Origin: Daphnia carinata
Lineage: Eukaryota
DNA length: 64,000 bases
NCBI RefSeq assembly: GCF_022539665.2
Contig: NC_081331.1
Span: 12,772,001 to 12,836,000 of the forward strand
Reading direction: 5' to 3'
Shown in pieces: positions 60,542 to 64,000 of this stretch (its first letter is position 1; each line of letters opens with the position of its first letter). The position numbers were made by a program, and so were the translations under genes. Below the pieces are notes generated by a model. That model ran no database searches and was not told the DNA's origin. It was given only the letters and a program-made list of their open reading frames with translations.

Positions 60542-63500
60542 TTTCTTGTTGTTTTCGGGATCCTTTTTTATTTTGGCCACCAGAACTAATGTGAAATTGG
60601 AGACATTTAAATTCCTGTAAAACGAAAATACCATGTTATTGCACGGCATGCTTTTCAAACTACTTTCTTGCCTCATAACGATTACTATCGCTCTCCTCAA
60701 TGGAGAAATTTGTCACACTTAAGGTTGTTTATCAACCAACGATACAACTTCACGCTTTTTCCACGATCATCATTATGAAAGTACACGTATACAACTAGCA
60801 ATAAAAGTCCTAGCAATGATTGGCTATCAACTTTCTTTCCACATTGAAAGGATCAATCTAGGCTCTTTGCAATTGAGTTTCTTTTAATGGACTTTGGCTA
60901 ACTCTTTCTTTAATTACACTGGTTGACACCACTTGCCAAGTTGTGCTTTTAAAAATGGCTACTTCGCAAATGAATGAACATCAGTGAAGAATATCAATGA
61001 GGTCGTTGAATCGCTCTAAACGCCTTCATATTAGAAAACGTCAAGACGGCCATGTGTGTTCTATGGTTGGCTAAAAAAAACAAGAGATTTGTGTCAGTTC
61101 CCGGAGACCTAAATGTGGGAAAAGACAACCACAAGTTTCCCACGAGCAACAAGTGCACTGGCCGAAGATGTGACGACATTATTGGAATTAATTCTCTCTT
61201 TTGTGTCGTTCATGATCAACGGTGTGTCCGTCTTATTCATGAACCAAAACAAGATTTCACGAAAAACAGCATCATTGCTCTTTTTCACGGAATTTTGAAG
61301 CTATCACGAAAAATATTAAACTTTAGATAATCGATAAAACAAAAATGATGAAAAACACCAGATATTAAAAAAAGAAACATGATCTAACATCTAGAACTGA
61401 CGAACTGCAAAAACAAACAAACAAAAGAAGTGGAATGAATGGTCAGACAAAAGTGGTGGAAAAGACGGATGTTTAAGGACATTTACCTCGTCGTTTCAAG
61501 TATCCATCAGAAGAAAACACATTCACTGGGATTTTCTAAGTCGATGATTTTCTTTGGATGAAAAAAAAAAAACTAAATTTTTAAGAGACCAGAGTCGGTT
61601 GCAGAGCGTACCGAACGGTAGGCAAGTTCGAGGCCGACTGATTACGGGCGATGCGTTCGGCTGAGCAGCTTCGCTTCGCGGGTCCTTGGACGCGGGAAAG
61701 AGAGATATATACGTGTAGCTGCTATCCAAGAAATGCTAGAAAGAGGAGGACTGGCTATACTAGCCAAGTCAAGACAGATGGTTCCGTGATTCTTCACTAC
61801 ACCCTTCGGGCTCTCTTATATTCTTTTCCTCCTTGTCTTCTGACAAAACAGTTCACTGTCCGATCTTTTCGACGATCATTTCCACCAAACATTTTTTTGC
61901 TGTTACGACAATTTGCCGATGTTTCATTAAAGTTTTTCTTTTTTTTTTTGGGTGAGGAGGACGATTACAGTGAAACACGATCGACTGTTGGCAATTTAGC
62001 AAAACTGTTCCGCTTCATTCTTTTTCATCCAAATAGGTATTTCGTCGGCACGATACAAATACCTCCTTTGACTCTTTTATAAAACAACACTTTTTTTAAA
62101 AAAGATGAATGGATTCAAAAACAAATCTTCTTCAACATGGGAGATTTACCAACAGGTGAAACACGAATCTCTTTTTCCCTTTCTTTCAAAATGTTTCATT
62201 GTGCAAAAGGATTACAGGATGTGTTAGCGGTACGGCAATAACTCTTCGCAATCAAATTTAGGATCTTACCATGCTGACCACTTGACGAAAACATTTCAGA
62301 CACGAATTGAATAAATGCTTTACCACCGTTAGGCAAATCGTGCAGACGCTGCATCTATTATGCTCTGACCGATCAAACATGTACCCGTATTTCGCTTCTA
62401 CACAGTTATGATTCGATTCACATACGAGTTGTGTTTTATTTCGCTCGACAGTAAACTGTGAATGTACGCGGAAATCACGGATGTCTCAAATTTAATATTG
62501 CCTTGTTTTCGAATTGAGTGCAGAACGGGTGTAATGACGCGTAACTATCGGCAATGACGCAAGAACGCAAAGTCTGGAACTGGGAACGATCGAGAAAAGT
62601 TCCAGAGCATAAACAGGTGCCCCATTCTTTTTTGTCACTTTTCCATTTCGAATAATGTAAACTACATGTGTGAAGAATTTCGAGTTTTTCTTTTTTCACT
62701 CGGAAAAGTAGGAAGCGACGCTCTCGGCTCTATTTTTTATTGATTCAAAATCCGTTAGAAGGGGAGAGAGAGAGTCATTATGAGCACCTATTACCACCAA
62801 TCTTGATGGCATATGAAAGTTTTCTGTAGAAAAAAATTTCAAAAAGTGAACGCCATGTTGCATACCGTTACGGTGCAAAAGGACGTGCCCATCTGTCGCT
62901 TCTTCATTCCATACAGAAGATAGATCCCCCCACCAACAAAAACGAATATAATAACATGTTTTCTTTTCAAGTTTTCAGTTTCGACTACGGGAAAAATGGT
63001 CAACCTTCAAAATAAATTTCATTCAACAAATTTAGAGTTCTTTCGGTAAAAAAAAAAAAAAAAAAAATATAGTTAATTTGGCTAAATCTACAGTGTTTTC
63101 TAAATCTGAGTATCTCTTAGAATTATCTTAAAAATAAAACGAAAATCTGTTCCTAGAGGGAAGAAAAACAAATGTATATGTGGGCTAATTCTCGGGAACA
63201 CGAAAAAAGCTGATTTTTCTTTTCCCTCTATGCTATTATTTTGATTATCTGGAACTACCAGAAGAAGCGAGAATTACTTTTCCACACTTTGGGTAAAAAA
63301 AAATAAGTTAACATCTATTCCTATTCCGGGAATACAATACCCTCGGACTTAGGTAACCTCTTAGCATAATCGAGATATTATACGGCCACGTTTGCCTCGG
63401 GTGTGGACGAACTATGCCCGACCTTTTCTCATCATAGCCTAAATCAATACGGGTACCGATGTAATGAATATTTAACAACCCCTTTCTATACATCCTGAAA

Positions 63501-64000
63501 GATAACGCAGTGGAAGTCTTAAGGGGTGCTACTATTTATCGACGAATTAGATTTAGGCAAGGGACTACTGTCTTCAAATTAAAAATGGAGAAACGTGGGA
63601 CTTACCACTTAGGAGTTCGGGTGGGTACAAGTGATTTTCATCTTTCGTGTAAGAACACTTCAATTTTTGCAGAGTGATGATTACGAACAGCTGAGCGAAA
63701 GTGCAGCCACGAAAATGTTGGTCCCGATGTTAACGACAATAATTTATCCATCTGAAAAGTTGTCGAAAAGAAACTTATTTGTTGGGGCAGAGGTAGCTCG
63801 TATTCGTAGGCTCGTAAAATAATATTATGGTACCATTGCCGGAAAAGAACAAAAGAGTTGTTCCAAGCTGTTGACCAGGAACCATGAGGCTTTTTTCAAG
63901 TCCCAATGGCAATTTTGCTTTTACCACTGGGAACGATTTTTCGATGACCGAGCTGCTGGCGATAAAAGAAAGATGGCTTTCTAAGGTGCGTTGCAAAAAT

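Noticed and set aside
63308..63996. Exon-like blocks on the minus strand at the window end
   Set aside because: Splice-like signals are present but no continuous frame or recognisable protein; may be UTR exons or part of a gene outside the window.
1..64000. CRISPR arrays, prokaryotic operons, rRNA genes
   Set aside because: No regularly spaced repeat-spacer array and no rRNA-like sequence seen; the window is eukaryotic with spliceosomal introns.

Overview
Eukaryotic, gene-dense, AT-rich window with mostly 55-90 nt GT-AG introns, consistent with a small crustacean genome such as Daphnia (inference from gene style and protein similarity). Genes in order: 5' part of E2F4/5 (-), SLC22 organic cation transporter (+), an ADF/cofilin paralogue with an N-terminal signal peptide that the ORF track largely misses (-), M19 membrane dipeptidase (+), SHQ1 (+), BLTP3/UHRF1BP1-like (+), dpr-like two-Ig protein (+), an intronless orphan repeat protein (-), PIG-L (+), Merlin/NF2 (+), a secreted Cys-rich M15/DD-peptidase-like protein (+), a lipophorin/VLDL receptor (-) and a shavenoid-like gene (-). 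An ~8 kb accessory block (38.2-46.2 kb) holds a 5-kb palindrome whose arms carry a decayed spliced gene and whose spacer holds three tRNA-like units, followed by related transposon-end mosaics. The strongest candidates for new biology are the palindrome with tRNA mimics, the apparently secreted cofilin, the bacterial-type DD-peptidase, a +1 frame break at GCG-TAA-A in the shavenoid-like CDS, and a basic 30-nt microexon in BLTP3. All exon models were read by eye and no database searches were run.
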